A stretch of DNA of 63,489 bases, filler included, from Neolecta irregularis DAH-3 (lineage: Eukaryota): NCBI GenBank assembly GCA_001929475.1. It is 10 parts of 10 records of this genome, joined end to end, with 100 filler letters (N's around TTAATTAATTAA, not from the genome) between each part and the next. Parts side by side here need not be neighbours in the genome. Positions count along the whole stretch, not along the records: positions 37,342 to 39,955 come from LXFE01000804.1; positions 40,056 to 42,959 come from LXFE01000811.1; positions 43,060 to 44,209 come from LXFE01000813.1; positions 44,310 to 60,106 come from LXFE01000817.1; 6 more parts are not named here. One strand, written 5' to 3'. Position 1 is the stretch's first letter. Each line of letters starts with the position of its first letter. The position numbers were made by a program, and so were the translations under genes. Positions 37,342 to 49,820 of the stretch are shown in pieces. A model generated the notes under the pieces. It searched no databases, was not told the origin of the DNA, and saw only the letters and a list, made by a program, of their open reading frames with translations.

Positions 37342-39864
37342 GGCGCCGTGCTGTCGCTGTCGGCCAGCGGCGACGACAACGACAGCGACTGCCAGTACCT
37401 CAACCTCGCAGACGCCGCCGTGGCGATCGATACCGCCGCCGGCCGCCCGCACTGCTTTGCGCTGACCACCGCCGGCAGGAACCGCGTGCTGTTCGCCTGC
37501 CCCGCCGCGCCCGCGCTGCACCGCTGGGTCGCCGCCATCCGCCTGTGCACCTTTGAGCGCGCGCTGCTGCAGGAGGCGTACACCGTCGCCCTCGTCGCCC
37601 GCTGGCGCCTGCTGCACGCCGTCCAGCTGCGGCTCTTCCAGCCCGCAAAGCCCCGCAGGCACGCCGCCTGGGTCCGCGCCCGCCTCGGCTCAGACACCCA
37701 GTGGCACCGCTACTACCTCGTCCTCGACCGCCTCCCGGACCCCGCAGGCCCCGCCCCCGCCGGCCACGCCCTCTTCTACGCCGCAAAGAACAAAAAGACC
37801 CTCGCCGCCCGCCTCACCCGCGCCTTCGCCGCCTACGCCGTCTACCCCGAGCGCCCCGCCCTCGTCGACCTCAGCAGCATGCTCAAGGTCGAGGGCCAGA
37901 TCGCAGACGCCGACTCCTTTGCCCTCCTGATGCCAGACCTCGACGCCGCCCGCTGCTACTCAGACCCCACAAAGCCCTTCATCGCCATGCTCACGCTCTT
38001 CTCCGCCCTGTGCGACACCTTTGCCCTCTACGGCCGCCCAAAGAAACTCAGTCTCGACAGGCTCGATCCCAACAGCATCGTCTACGCGCTCGACTCGGCC
38101 AGCAGCCCGGATCTCTACATCGACGTCAGCCACGTCGTCCACGCCACCGACGGCCTGTCCGCTGCAGCCGCCCGCTCAAAGCTAAAATCCATCGCCGGCG
38201 CCTTCTGCAAAGATCGCGATACAAAGGTACCGCCCCTAGCTAGCGTCGCCCTCCCCTCCACCCCTATCCCTCCCATCCCGCGCTCAGAAAGCGGCCTGGT
38301 TGTTCGCAAGCCCGTGCCTCTGCGCCTTGATAAACATGATGACAAAGACGGCAACTTGTTCTTGCGTCACAATTTGTTGCATCATGATGACAATTTCCAC
38401 CTCGGCGATAATCTGTTCGCCTCTCTGCCCCACAGATTTGATCACGATAGCTCTGATTCTGACGACTTGTTTGTCAACATGAACCGGGAGATTCCTAGGC
38501 TCGCGACTCCTCCGTCCTCTTCTCCAGCACACTCCCCTTCCTCATTAGGCACTAGACCCCTGAGTGGAACCGATAGCAGCCTCAATGTCCAGCTAGACGA
38601 ATCAGACTATATTTCCCTGCCCGATCGCAGTACTCGCTATCGCCCTACTGATCGCCCTACCGATCGCCCTACTGATCGCCACACCGACCGCCCTACCGAT
38701 CGCTACACCGACCGCCACACCGACCGCCCTACCGATCGCCATACCGACCGCCCTACCCATCGCTCCACAGACCGCCACACCGACCGCTCCACAGACCCCT
38801 CCACAGACCCCTCCACAGACCTCTCAAACACAGACCGCAGTACTAATACCAGCTCTCCCTATTCTCTCCCACCCCTTCGAACCGACATGTCTCCAAACAC
38901 TTTTGAAAACATTCTTACCTCCGCTACTACTCTTCACGCGCCAATCTTTACAAGAACAGAGCGCAAAAGACCAAAGGGAGGTCGACCAATGAGCGACATG
39001 CCCTTTGAAACCACTCGCCTAGTCACTCCCAGGTCAGCTTCAACATCCAACCTGCTCGATATGCAAGAACCATTAAACGGATCTCTGCCTCATCCTGGAG
39101 TAATGCGAACACGATCCTCCTCCTTTGGAAACCGCCTCGTCGCATCAGACGAACAAACAAAAAATAACAGGCGTAGTATGATGTGGCAACCCCCCTCGTT
39201 TACCTCTCCTCACCTCGCACAAGCCTCTCCAAAACTCGAATCTCACCAACCGGTTCCTCCCAGACACCTTCAAAATGAAATAGCCGCCCGAGCAAGACCT
39301 ACTTCAACAGTTTATTCTCGTGATCCCGCAATCATCGAATCGATCAGCAAGCAAGTAGTAAACAGCCCTCGAGGTCTGCTAGGTGAACAAGACCGCAGAT
39401 TAACCGCTCGAGAACGCCAATTCGTGGCTAGAGAAACTGGAAAACCACTCCTTGATATGCGGCCTGAACCTGAATCAAGGAAATCAGGACTCGTAGGACT
39501 CCTCACTGATCGAGACCAAGATATCAACAACTTTGCTCAAAATGGCCACAGTAAAGCAGTTCAAAAGGCAATTGACCTCGAACGCGAAAAACTAGCAATG
39601 GAAAATATATCAACCCGGTTGTACAGACAACCACCTCGCTCACGAACTCCATTGATGAATTTCATTCCCTCGCCACCTCAATTCTCTCCAAATTCACCAA
39701 TGATTCCTCAAGCGTTATCACCTAAATTTACCACGTCTCCTAATCCCAACAGTAATCTTTTTACGTCAATGTCTTCTACGGGTCTTGCCAGGAAATGCTC
39801 TCCACCATTGTACCTCTTTTTCTAATTTTAATTGACTTTTAGTGACCACTATCACCATTCGTAA
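37342..39864 (+). CDS. Skg3/Caf120-like PH-domain protein, 5'-truncated by linker
   Basis: YLNLADA, TTAGRNRVLF, WVAAIRLCTFERALLQEAYT, WVRARLG..TQW, AYAVYPERPALVDLSSMLKVEG, DTFALYGRPKKL, LTARERQFVARETG. Confidence 0.8.
38638..38830 (+). repeat. Coding 12-bp tandem repeat (R-[PHYS]-T-D)n
   Basis: cgccctaccgat/cgccacaccgac units repeated in frame. Confidence 0.9.
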
Positions 39865-39915
39865 GAAGCGTCGACATCAATTTCTATATTCTTTTGGTTT
39901 GTTTACTTGTTATTC

Positions 39916-39917
<2 letters not shown>

Positions 39918-39955
<38 letters not shown>
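39918..39955. repeat. (CT)n microsatellite at contig end
   Basis: Pure ct run up to the linker. Confidence 0.95.
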
Positions 39956-40055
39956 NNNNNNNNNNNNNNNNNNNNNNNNNNNNNNNNNNNNNNNNNNNNT
40001 TAATTAATTAANNNNNNNNNNNNNNNNNNNNNNNNNNNNNNNNNNNNNNNNNNNN

Positions 40056-40915
40056 GACCACCAAATCTGCCTATGATCAGAAAAAGCAGTTTATCGAACA
40101 ACAACTACGCCTTCTCTCCGCGCCCATCGAAATTCCAGTCGATTGGAATGAAAATGCGCCAGAGACAGATCACGGCGATTTACCACAGTCTAGTATTGCA
40201 ACGGTGATGTATAAAGGTGTGCGAGTTGCTCCTGTCAGCGATTTACTCTCGAGTCAATCTTCAGGCGAAGAAGCATATGCGGATAGCAGCCAGCGCTCAA
40301 GCTATACAGAATGTCAGCGAGCAGATTGATGAACTATATAGGCAGAACGAAGATGATGAAGGCACTGAACAGGACATCATGCTATTACAGAATGCAGATT
40401 TCACAAAGTCTGAGTACGGGCTCCTCGCGAGCGGTGAAGCTAAATAGCAGAGACCTGGAACAGTTACCACAACAATGGCCATTTGAAGGTTCAGAAGAAG
40501 AGAAAGAGCGGTACTCGTCTATTAATGTTCTTTGATTCACTCTCCCAGTTACTCAGAGCTGCTATCGAATTTGATCTCCATATCATCCGCAGTCTCTGCA
40601 TCAAAATCGAAACATGTATATTATTCTCATTTGCACGATCTGGTAATGTCGTACTCCGATCCGCAAAAGACAGTCCAGTCCAATCTTGTGACCCGGGATG
40701 GACCAATCGATCAAGAACTTCGTCGAATGAGGATCCTTGCAGCCAAGATTGGCGCTAAGCTTGAAGGGAAAAGGTTCAAGAGGAAGGCCGAGGAAATAGT
40801 GACCTTTGGATTAGCCAATGAAAAGATTGCAAAATTGGTTGGTGTTGATTTTCTCCAGAGCGACAAGGAACACAACACGGAATATGGACAAGGAGATGAC
40901 GAGGATTTTAATTGA
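40056..40915 (+). CDS. fta4: Kinetochore Sim4-complex subunit Fta4, 5'-truncated, multi-exon
   Basis: KKQFIEQQLRLLSAP, AQAIQNVSEQIDELY, LEQLPQQW, VQSNLVTRDGPIDQELRRMRILAAKI. Confidence 0.8.
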
Positions 40916-41024
40916 CTAGGATGTTTCTTTTGGATTCTTTCATAGGTTACTTCATTTACAATATAAGTGATCAAATTGTCCATAATTTGTTGCTTTTTTG
41001 GAGGTCTGCTTGATTTCGATGACA

Positions 41025-41830
41025 CGCCCCGCCTCTCTCTTGCTTCTCCCGCCTCTCTCTTGCTTCTCCCGCCTCTCCCGCTTCTCCCGCCTCTCTCCCG
41101 CCTCTCTCCTGCTTCTCCCGCCTCTCTCCCGCCTCTCCCGCTTCTCCCGCCTCTCTCCCGCCTCTGCCGACTAACCCGTCCTGCCCAACTCGCCCGCCCG
41201 CCTCGCCCACCTCTCCCGCCTCTCTCGCCCGCCTGCCCGTCTCTCCCGTCCGTTCCCTCCCATCCCGCCCGTCCCTTCCGCCTGTCTCTCCCCGCCCATC
41301 TCCCCCGCCTCTCCACGCCCGTCTCTCCTGCCTCCTGTTCCACCCGTCTCTGTTCAGTCCGTCCCCTCCCATCCCGCCCGTCCCTCCCGCCTGTCTTTAC
41401 CCGCCGTTCCTCCCGTCTCTCCTGCCTCCTGTTCCGCCCGTCCGGTTCTCTCCTGCTCCAACTCCCTCATCCGCTCCAAATGCCTTGCCCGTTCCAGCGC
41501 TCTCACCTGCTCCAACTCCCTCACCCACTCCAACTCCCTGGCCCGCTCCAGTGCCCTCATCCACTCCAGCACCCTCGCCAGCTCCAACTGCCTTGCCAGC
41601 TCCAGCACTCTCACCTTCTCCAACTCACTGGCCCGCTCTAGTGCCCTTACCCGCTCCAGCACCATCGCCCGCTCCAGTGCCCTTGCCAGCTCCAACTCTG
41701 TTGCCCGCTCCAACTTCCTAGTCTGCTGCAGCGCCCTTGCCAGTTGCAGTACCTCCGCCTGCTGAGACCCCCTCTCTGGCTACAACTCCCTCGCCCATGC
41801 CCGCTGAAACGCCCTATCCCGCTGCATCGC
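41025..41830. repeat. C-rich low-complexity array: ctctcccgc-type units (41025-41450) then an 18-bp minisatellite (ccgctccaactccctcac-like, 41450-41830)
   Basis: Repeated gcttctcccgcctctctc units and periodic gctcca.. units; first part resembles the core of the TIR element at 7530-7870. Confidence 0.8.
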
Positions 41831-41884
41831 CCTCTCTAGTTGCGTGGTCCTGATCCGAAACCGCTACTGAAAGGGACCGGCTGA

Positions 41885-42959
41885 CTGAAAATTGCCTACT
41901 CCGCACAAGTGACCCTTGAAGTCATCCTCCAATTCCTCCTCAAGCAATATCTAAAGGATGAGCAAGTTCTTCAAGGTAGTATTCTGATCGACTGCTGGCA
42001 AATACCAACTACCCAGGGCTTATGGTACTCAACAACCTTTTGCATCAAACACCCACCCTCAAATTTTCACCATGGGTAGTTCAAATAATTTTTACAAAGA
42101 GCAAGATGCAGTACCTCTCACTGGGGCTCCCCTAGCCTGGAGTGGCATTTTTCAATCATTTTGACCTTCACAAGGCAACAATATTTTTGGGTTCTCTGAT
42201 ACTTATTTGATAGGTTCCCTCACTGTAAATGTTGATGTTGCCACTACTGTTGCCTGGCAGGGTGATCTATCGCTTGTTGATCTGGTATGTAAGCATACAA
42301 ATTGTCGTGAGGCCACCGACCTCGTCTCAATGGGTGATCGAGATCGGCACAAACTCCAACAAGCAATTAAAGGCCTCACCTTTTTCTTCACCCATCGACA
42401 AGAGTAAGGTCGACGAAAACTTTTGACTATCAAGTGGTTGATGAAGGCAAGTTCAATTACTACAACATTTCCGATGGAAAAGGACGGCGAGACAAACACT
42501 ATTAGCATACAATACTATATGAAGATGGCATATAACAAAGATATCCGATATCCACAGCTTTTCTGCTCGTTCTGCCATTCTTCGGTGGCTCGCATATAGG
42601 CATTCAGAGTACCAAAGATATTTTTCCTCTTGAGTTCTGCATCATGCATCCTGTATAATTCTTTGATGTGAAGACTGTAAGCTTAAGGTCAATGCTACAC
42701 TGGAGTTCTTGCCCAGAATATCACAAGCACTTTAATTAAAGTAGCGGCAATGAGGCCTAATGATCGAAAAGCCCAGATTTCTAGACATGTCGACTCTCTT
42801 GATTGGTCTAGAGACTCCATGCTTCGCCACTACGGCTTGCAGGTCGACATGAAAATGATCTCTGTCCAGGGACGACTTTTACCCAAACCTGGCGTTCAGT
42901 TTGGCAACAAATGCGCCCAGATCCGGGATAATGTACAATGGGATCTCAAACATATCAGA
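41885..42959 (+). pseudogene. Argonaute pseudogene fragment (N, L1, PAZ, L2), intron-bearing, truncated by linker
   Basis: GLMVLNNLL..P, LTGAPLAWSGIFQSF*P, SLTVNVDVA, LQQAIKGL..FTHR, ISIQYY...YNKDIRYPQL, FPLEFC, RPNDRKAQI..LDW..D.ML.HYGLQV..KMISVQGRLLPKP.VQFG..QWDL; stops at 42162-42164 and 42405-42407, frameshift near 42065. Confidence 0.85.
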
Positions 42960-43322
42960 NNNNNNNNNNNNNNNNNNNNNNNNNNNNNNNNNNNNNNNNN
43001 NNNTTAATTAATTAANNNNNNNNNNNNNNNNNNNNNNNNNNNNNNNNNNNNNNNNNNNNTTATTTTCCTATACGATACAAAGGTCCCCTTTTTACCAGAC
43101 TCATTGGTTATTAAAAAGATCTTACACTGAAATCCGAGAGGCTAAACTAAGAACCCCAGCTCTCGGAAACTTGATTTTCAGTTCTCAGAGCGATTTGTCG
43201 CAAGCCTTGATATCGACCAATCGTTTCATTCGAGATCGCTAGAACAAGACTCGCCTTTCTCTCAATTTCATTACAACTCCTAATTGTTGCAATATTTCCA
43301 GAGAGCCTTCAGCAGCGTAACG

Positions 43323-44209
43323 ATGCCGTGTTTGCTCAAGACTGAGGCCCGTCGTGGCGGTATAAAGACTATCTTTTGACGGTAATATCTTACCCCAACA
43401 GATCCTCCCGAGATTTACAATAGTAATGTCTATCTTCTTGTTGCTATATCTACGATGGGTGGAATGATTTTCGGATATGATATCGGGTCAATTGGCGGTG
43501 TCATTGAGATGAAGAGTTTCAAGATGTTTTTCTTCTCGCAATGATTTAGTCATTAATTATAGATCTTTCGGTCTTTTGAATAACAATAGAGGTGAACTCG
43601 CAAGTCTCATCGCGAAAATTGTATCCATCTTGCAAGTTGGGTATACAATCTACTATCTTCTTTTGCGCTGTTGATTCCTAGTTGTCTATTTGGAGCTCTC
43701 TCAACGGGAGTAATGGCCGATCGAATCGGAAGGAAAAGAGGTTTGATAGTAGCATCCATAATATTTCTCACAGGTTCTATCATCCAAACGACCTCAGATG
43801 GTCACCTCGGACTACTTTATGCTGGGCGGTACACCTTATGGCTCTATAATATCTGATTTCAGGTTTATAGGTGGAATTGGAGTCGGCCAGTGCTCAATGA
43901 TCACACCGCTTTATACTTCTGAATGTGTTCCACGAGCCATTCGAGGTAAATTTACCGGTTGTTATCAGCTAAACATCGCATTTGGGATAATGGTGGCCTT
44001 CTGGTGATTCAGTCTCTAGGATTGGAGTTCAATTGTAGGATAAATTATTGTTGTAATTTGAAGATGTCTACGAAACCGGCACAGTGGCAAACTCCTCTTG
44101 CTCTACAAAGTGTAAGTCCTTTTTCAGGGCCAGACTGAGTTTTAGTTTCTGGGATTAATATTGCTAATTGGCATGCTCTTCCTTCCAGATTCTCCAAGTA
44201 TATTAGCGA
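43323..44209 (+). CDS. MFS sugar-porter family transporter (quinate permease-like), 5' part, truncated by linker
   Basis: [82 protein letters not shown]. Confidence 0.9.
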
Positions 44210-44656
44210 NNNNNNNNNNNNNNNNNNNNNNNNNNNNNNNNNNNNNNNNNNNNTTAATTAATTAANNNNNNNNNNNNNNNNNNNNNNNNNNNNNNNNNNN
44301 NNNNNNNNNTCACATTTAGCTGTTTATTTAAAATATTAAATAATGTACAAGGTAGAAGCTTTAGTGAGCGAGAAAATAAATCAACACATATCTAGGCGAT
44401 ATCCAAGCCAAAACGTTGCCATAGTTGGACAAATCTTTTCATTTGCGGTTTCCACTCGGTGAGAAATTTCCCTCCAATTTGTTCTGATACACCAGTAAAA
44501 TTCCGAGTTTTATAACCTCACCACCGCCAGCAGTTGGCCACCTGTAAAACAGAATATGAGCCACGGGAAAGGTGTAATCATCATCATCCACCCTTTCACA
44601 TTTGAATGAAACATTTCTTTCGGCTTCTACACCGAGTAACTGTATTGATGAGGGAC

Positions 44657-45894
44657 ATGGTCGCAAGTGAACCATTGGAATTTAAAAACCTCAGCAGACT
44701 CCGGCTGATTGAAAGAATCCGCGAACTGGAAGCTCGGATAGCGTACTTTGGCTTATCGACACGAAATTCTAATCCTACAGATCAATAAAACCCGAATATC
44801 TCTCGTCTTCTCAAGCCCGCACATTACTATCTCTTTCAAATCACACTTCAATATCCGAGGGCCTCCCTGTATCAGACGCACAAACATCCAGGGTACTCCA
44901 TCACATCAAAACCCCGAAAATAATGCGTCACTTTGACTTTTCTGCATACAATCATACCCGAATCGCTCTCAAATTTGCCTATCTAGGGTCAAATTATAAT
45001 GGCTTGGTAACTCAAAAAGACACTACACCTCTTCCAACAGTGGAAGAAAAAATCATTGCAGCATTGTTACATACTCGACTGATATCTTCCTTCGAATCCT
45101 GCGATTTTGCGAGATGCGGAAGGACAGACAAAGGTGTCTCTGCATTCGGTCAGGTTATGAGTTTGCTCGTTCGAGATATAGGGTCGGGCGGGGATTACGT
45201 TGGATTGTTGAATAAAGTCTTACCTGATGATATCCGAATTCTTGCTCAAGCTCGAGTTGATGACTCCTTTTCAGCCAGATTCAGCTGTACAGGACGTTGG
45301 TACAAATATTTCTTCCACGCACGGAACCTCGACATTTCACGAATGAAGAAAGCAGCAAGCTATTTCCTCGGCGAGAATGACTTTAAGAATTTCTGTAAAG
45401 TGGATAATACAAAGAAGATCTCCACGTATAAGCGTCTTATCCGTCGAGCAGAAATTGACGAAGACGAGGATGGAATTTGGGTATTCAATTTGGAAGGATC
45501 TGCGTTTTTGTGGCATCAGGTTCGATGTATGATGGCTATTTTGTTCCGAGTAGGACAAGGAATCGAAGAACCGGAAATTGTGCTCAAGTTAATGGACACT
45601 GAAAACGTTTCCGTTAGGCCCAACTATCCTTACGCTTGGGATACGCCCTTGGTTCTGTACGACACAAGTTTCGATGGTGTGCAATGGGTTTACCCGGATA
45701 CGATGTCCGAGACAGGGATTTTTGTCAAGGATAAAATTTGGCAGGGATGGCATGAGGCTAAGATAAAAGAAAGACTGTGGAATCTGTTAAAAGGCGTAGC
45801 TGATGTTCAAGAAGACCAGTGGGTGAAAAAAGGTGTGTATGATGGACGCGGGAAAATTCAACCGGTGAAGAATTACAAGACTCTGGTGCCTTGA
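44657..45894 (+). CDS. DEG1: tRNA pseudouridine(38/39) synthase (TruA family); both ends approximate
   Basis: LIERIRELE, FDFSAY..RIALKFAYLG.NYNG, RCGRTDKGVSAFGQV, FSARFSC..R.YKYFF, GSAFLWHQVRCMM. Confidence 0.93.
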
Positions 45895-45984
45895 AATAGA
45901 ATCAGAGTAGGCTTTGTTGTATGAGGAAAGAAATACTCAATATCGAATTAAATACAGCTGTCGATATACAATCCTAAAAGCATA

Positions 45985-47327
45985 TCAATCCCTCGAGTAT
46001 CCTGCCTTGCCTCGCTGTATCCGTTCTCCGAGACTCTTCTTCCCATCATACACTTGTCTCTGAACACCTTTCATAAAATGTGCAGTTCCACCATACCTTC
46101 CATTGATCTTTCTTGTCTCAAAGTCCCTCTTTTGGTCCTTTTTTTCCTGCTCCTCCAATTCTTTCAACCGTTTCTCTCGAGTCATTTCTAATTCAGAGGC
46201 ATTGGCCTGCATTTCAGCAAGTTTATTCGCTCGTTCCTCCGAATTTGAGCGGCGTATGGGCGATGGACGGTTCGGCCTGTGGTAGGGCGATCGTGAGCGC
46301 CGCCCAGGCGGCGGAGAAGTACGGTTCTTTTCAAAATAGATGTCTTTACGGTAGGGAGACCTAGAGATTGCTCTTCGTTTAAAAGGACAATTTAGCGGCG
46401 ATAGTGATCGTCTTCCAGACGAACGAGAAGAAGATTGACGGTGGAAATATCCGTTGCTTGTGGATTTATCATACTGTGGGAATGGAGATCGGCATCTTGA
46501 ACCTCGTTCACGAGAAGATCGTCGCTCATTTCTCGAATCTCGCCGATGAAACCTTAGTTGTTCGTGTGAATCATGATGGTGACGAATTGTTGCCCTTCGT
46601 TCTGTCGATCGTTCTGTTCTTCTCGTCGGTTTATCATCACGACTCCGGGACCTCTTTCTTGTACGATTATCGTCATAACTTCGCGAGCGGTGTCGTCGTC
46701 GATCTCGGTCATCCTCATTTCGATGCCGGTGCTTCTTCCTACGCTCCTTGCCCTCCTTGGCTTCACGTAACATTTTCATTTTGAGAGGATTCTTCATTAA
46801 TTCTTCATAGGCAGCTTGTTCTTGCTTTTTGATGGCCAGCAGTGGATCTTCCCGGATCTTTTTCTGTGTATCCCGAATGGTGTTTGCGTTCTGAGAGGCG
46901 ATGAAGTGCTTGTAAACCTTGCTAGATTTCTGAACAGTTAGACTCGTAGTATGAAAAGAAAACCTCTGCGTCGTCGTCCTTGATCAGTTGATCGATCCTT
47001 TTCTTCCCCAATAAATAATCCTCCATCTCTTCTGTAGTGCCGCCTCCTCCACCTGTACCTCCGGGCACAGCATACATCCAGTCTACCCGCTCAACACGCT
47101 TCTTTCCACCAGCTGCCTCCTGTAACCTTTGTAATTCAGAAAGTTGTCTCTCTTCCTCGATTTCTTTCTTCTTTTGTTCGATTCGCTTGCGCTCTTCGAG
47201 TGCGGCCTTCTCTTTTTCCCATACCTTTGCTTGATTCTACTTGTTTGCGTGATTAGAGGACGAGGATACGTACAACCAAGAGCAAAGGATGCCAGGATTT
47301 CTTCATATTGAGATCGCCTCCGCCCAT
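45985..47327 (-). CDS. CWC25: Pre-mRNA splicing factor Cwc25, multi-exon
   Basis: [49 protein letters not shown]-rich tail, KLAEMQANA. Confidence 0.95.
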
Positions 47328-47635
47328 TTTGGTTGAGGTATATGCGGATTATGGAGCTACTGTCCGGGATATTGTTCCTATCTGTAGAATACCGAGATCG
47401 AACGGGGAAATGCTGAGTTGAGGGTAGTCAGGACTTTGTGACTCGACGAAACACGTGCTTTCCTTTCATCCGTTTGTTTATCAAAGCCGACCCGCTGGGT
47501 TTGCAATCCAATCTTATGACTAGCTGTTGCGAACTATTTATTTCACAATTCAAAATCCTTTATTCCCGCCCGAATGCCACCCCAAGAAAAAATACATTAT
47601 TACAAGATTGTCTTGAATCAAATACTTCCGACTAT

Positions 47636-49222
47636 TCAAACAACTACAGCTCCTGTTGTCTGCAGGAGTTGACTCGGCTGTTTCTCTTCTTCGATAAATT
47701 CGCTGTTTCTATAATTCTCGTCATCCGTCTCATATGGGCTATCAACAATTGGAAATCCATCGAAACCTTCTTCGACAACCCACTTCGCTTGACATTTTCT
47801 GAGAACTTCGCAAGCCCGTCCAACTATCAATAACCCTGGAGGACGATTACCAAGGACTTTCATAGCACCAACCACGTCCTGAAGACGTGTTCTCACGATT
47901 CTTTGATCGCGGCAACTTGCACGTTCAACAACAGCACAAGCTAGATCTTGAGGCCATCCATTTGTGATCAAGTTCGCAACAAGAATTTCAAGTCGGTGCA
48001 GTGCCATAAGGAATACCGTAGTACGTGAGATTATGTATTCAGGAGCCTGAGGAACAGATCCGTTCTCCCCGGTGCCAGTTGCAATCAAAACTTGATCAGC
48101 CGCCCCTCGAATAGTCAGTGGTATAACTGAAAATATCCCCGCAGACAGCGCAGACGTAATTCCTGGAATAACGATCGGTTTGAATCCATTATCTTCGAAG
48201 AAAGACATTTCTTCCCCGCCTCGTCCAAAAATATATGGATCGCCTTGTTTCAAACGTATGACATTCTTTCCTTCTTTTACAGCAGTGAGACCAAGCACAA
48301 GAAGCTCTTGTTGAGCATTGGCAGTGTTTCCAGGGAATTTTCGCGCGATGTGAACAGTGGATCTTCTAGGTACAAGGTCAAGGATTGACGACGGAACGAG
48401 TTTGTCGGCTAAGACGACGTCTGCAGAATTGATTGCTTCAAGAGCTGCCACAGTAAGAAGTTTGGGATCCCCTGGACCAGACCCTACGAGCGATATACGG
48501 CCAGGATTCTCCACTCTTGTAGCTTGTTTGGATAACGGGAGCAAGGTGTAGTCTTGTAATAGGCCTTCGATATCATAAACTGTCAAGCTACAAATCTTAT
48601 TCAACGGCCAGAACTCGGAGATATGGTTAAGTCGACTTCGCTTTTCTTCGGCCGTAAGATGTTCACGAAAATATGCCAATAATGAACAAGCGTTGCCCAG
48701 GCGGGGCGGAATTCGCGAGACAATTTCACTTTTGATTCGGTTTGCAAGGGGGCGTCCTATGCGAGATGTTGAAATTCCAAACTGAAGTGGGCCATCGTGG
48801 TGAGAAGAAAGAAGAGTAAATGAGGAAAGACTGGGACTGTCCACCACATTAATTGGTATTCGATGACGGTGGCATGCCGAAGATATATCCTGCGCTAAAG
48901 ATATTAGTCATTTTCCGTGTCTGATGAATATACCAAGTTGCGAGGTGTGATCTCCTGTGAAGAATACGAGGTCAACATATCCTGAATTTTTCTCTGTTCC
49001 CCAAGTAACCAAATCACATTCTTCAAAATCTTTTTGTATGAATTTTACGCCCGCAATCATGTTCTCTGGTGTGAAAGGCGATATGAGTATCGGTAATGCA
49101 CCTACTTCAATTGATTTCATACATCTCGAAATGGCAAGATTATTTGGCCCAACAATAAGATGGTGATGACCAACCGAGGGCCTGGAGATTAACAAGGATG
49201 GTGTAAATTGCTTTTGTGACAT
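47636..49222 (-). CDS. MET1: Uroporphyrinogen-III C-methyltransferase (siroheme synthase-like)
   Basis: GRISLVGSGPGDPKLLT, ADVVLADKLVP, RLKQGDPYIFGRGGEE, IPGITSAL, ERASCRDQR. Confidence 0.95.
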
Positions 49223-49820
49223 GTTGGACAGTAGGTGAACCACGACTTTATGATATTGGCGTTACGTGAGAATAGCTATAGATCACATCATCGATAGTCC
49301 CGCTAGCCCCCCACCCCTTTAATTCAATTAACAAGCCGGAAAAATATCAAAGCATTATACTCACATGCAGCATCAGAGAAAAATGACGCAAAAAATAGTG
49401 TATCTATAGGAAAACATTTGCATATACTGGACATACTATCAAGAAAGAGTCAAACTAAAAAAAACGACACCGGCCAGCTATAGCAGCCACAGGCAAGAGT
49501 ATAAAAAAAAGAAAAAGGAAAGAGAAAAGGAAACCTCCCCACAAGCCTCAATCACATTCAACAACCATGCTCTCATGCAAAAGAGAAGCATTGCATTTCA
49601 GCATAACCACCCCACAAGTTCTTCTCCTTCAACTTGCTTTCCACACCACCCGAAACAACCACCTTGTAACTTGCCATTAGGATGTATAAAGAAGAAGAGA
49701 AAAAGAAAAAGCAGGGAGTTTCTGGTTTCTGTCTAGCTAGCAGAGTATATATATCTTCAAGTGACCGAAAAAGGAAGAGACGAGAACCAGAGATCAAAAC
49801 CGTAGTATAGCGTTTTGCAT

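Noticed and set aside
40913-40945. fta4 stop in a TGA-CTAG read-through context
   Set aside because: The extension (LGCFFWILS) has no PTS1 or other recognisable signal; one occurrence is compatible with chance
40711-41721. Long ORFs on both strands over the C-rich array (also those at 7505-7825, 34543-35316 and 37400-38243)
   Set aside because: Stop-poor low-complexity or high-GC sequence, or shadows of real genes; no domain content
43085-43100. CCTTTTTACCAGA resembling U5 snRNA loop I
   Set aside because: Not the invariant GCCTTTTAC, with no closing stem or Sm site
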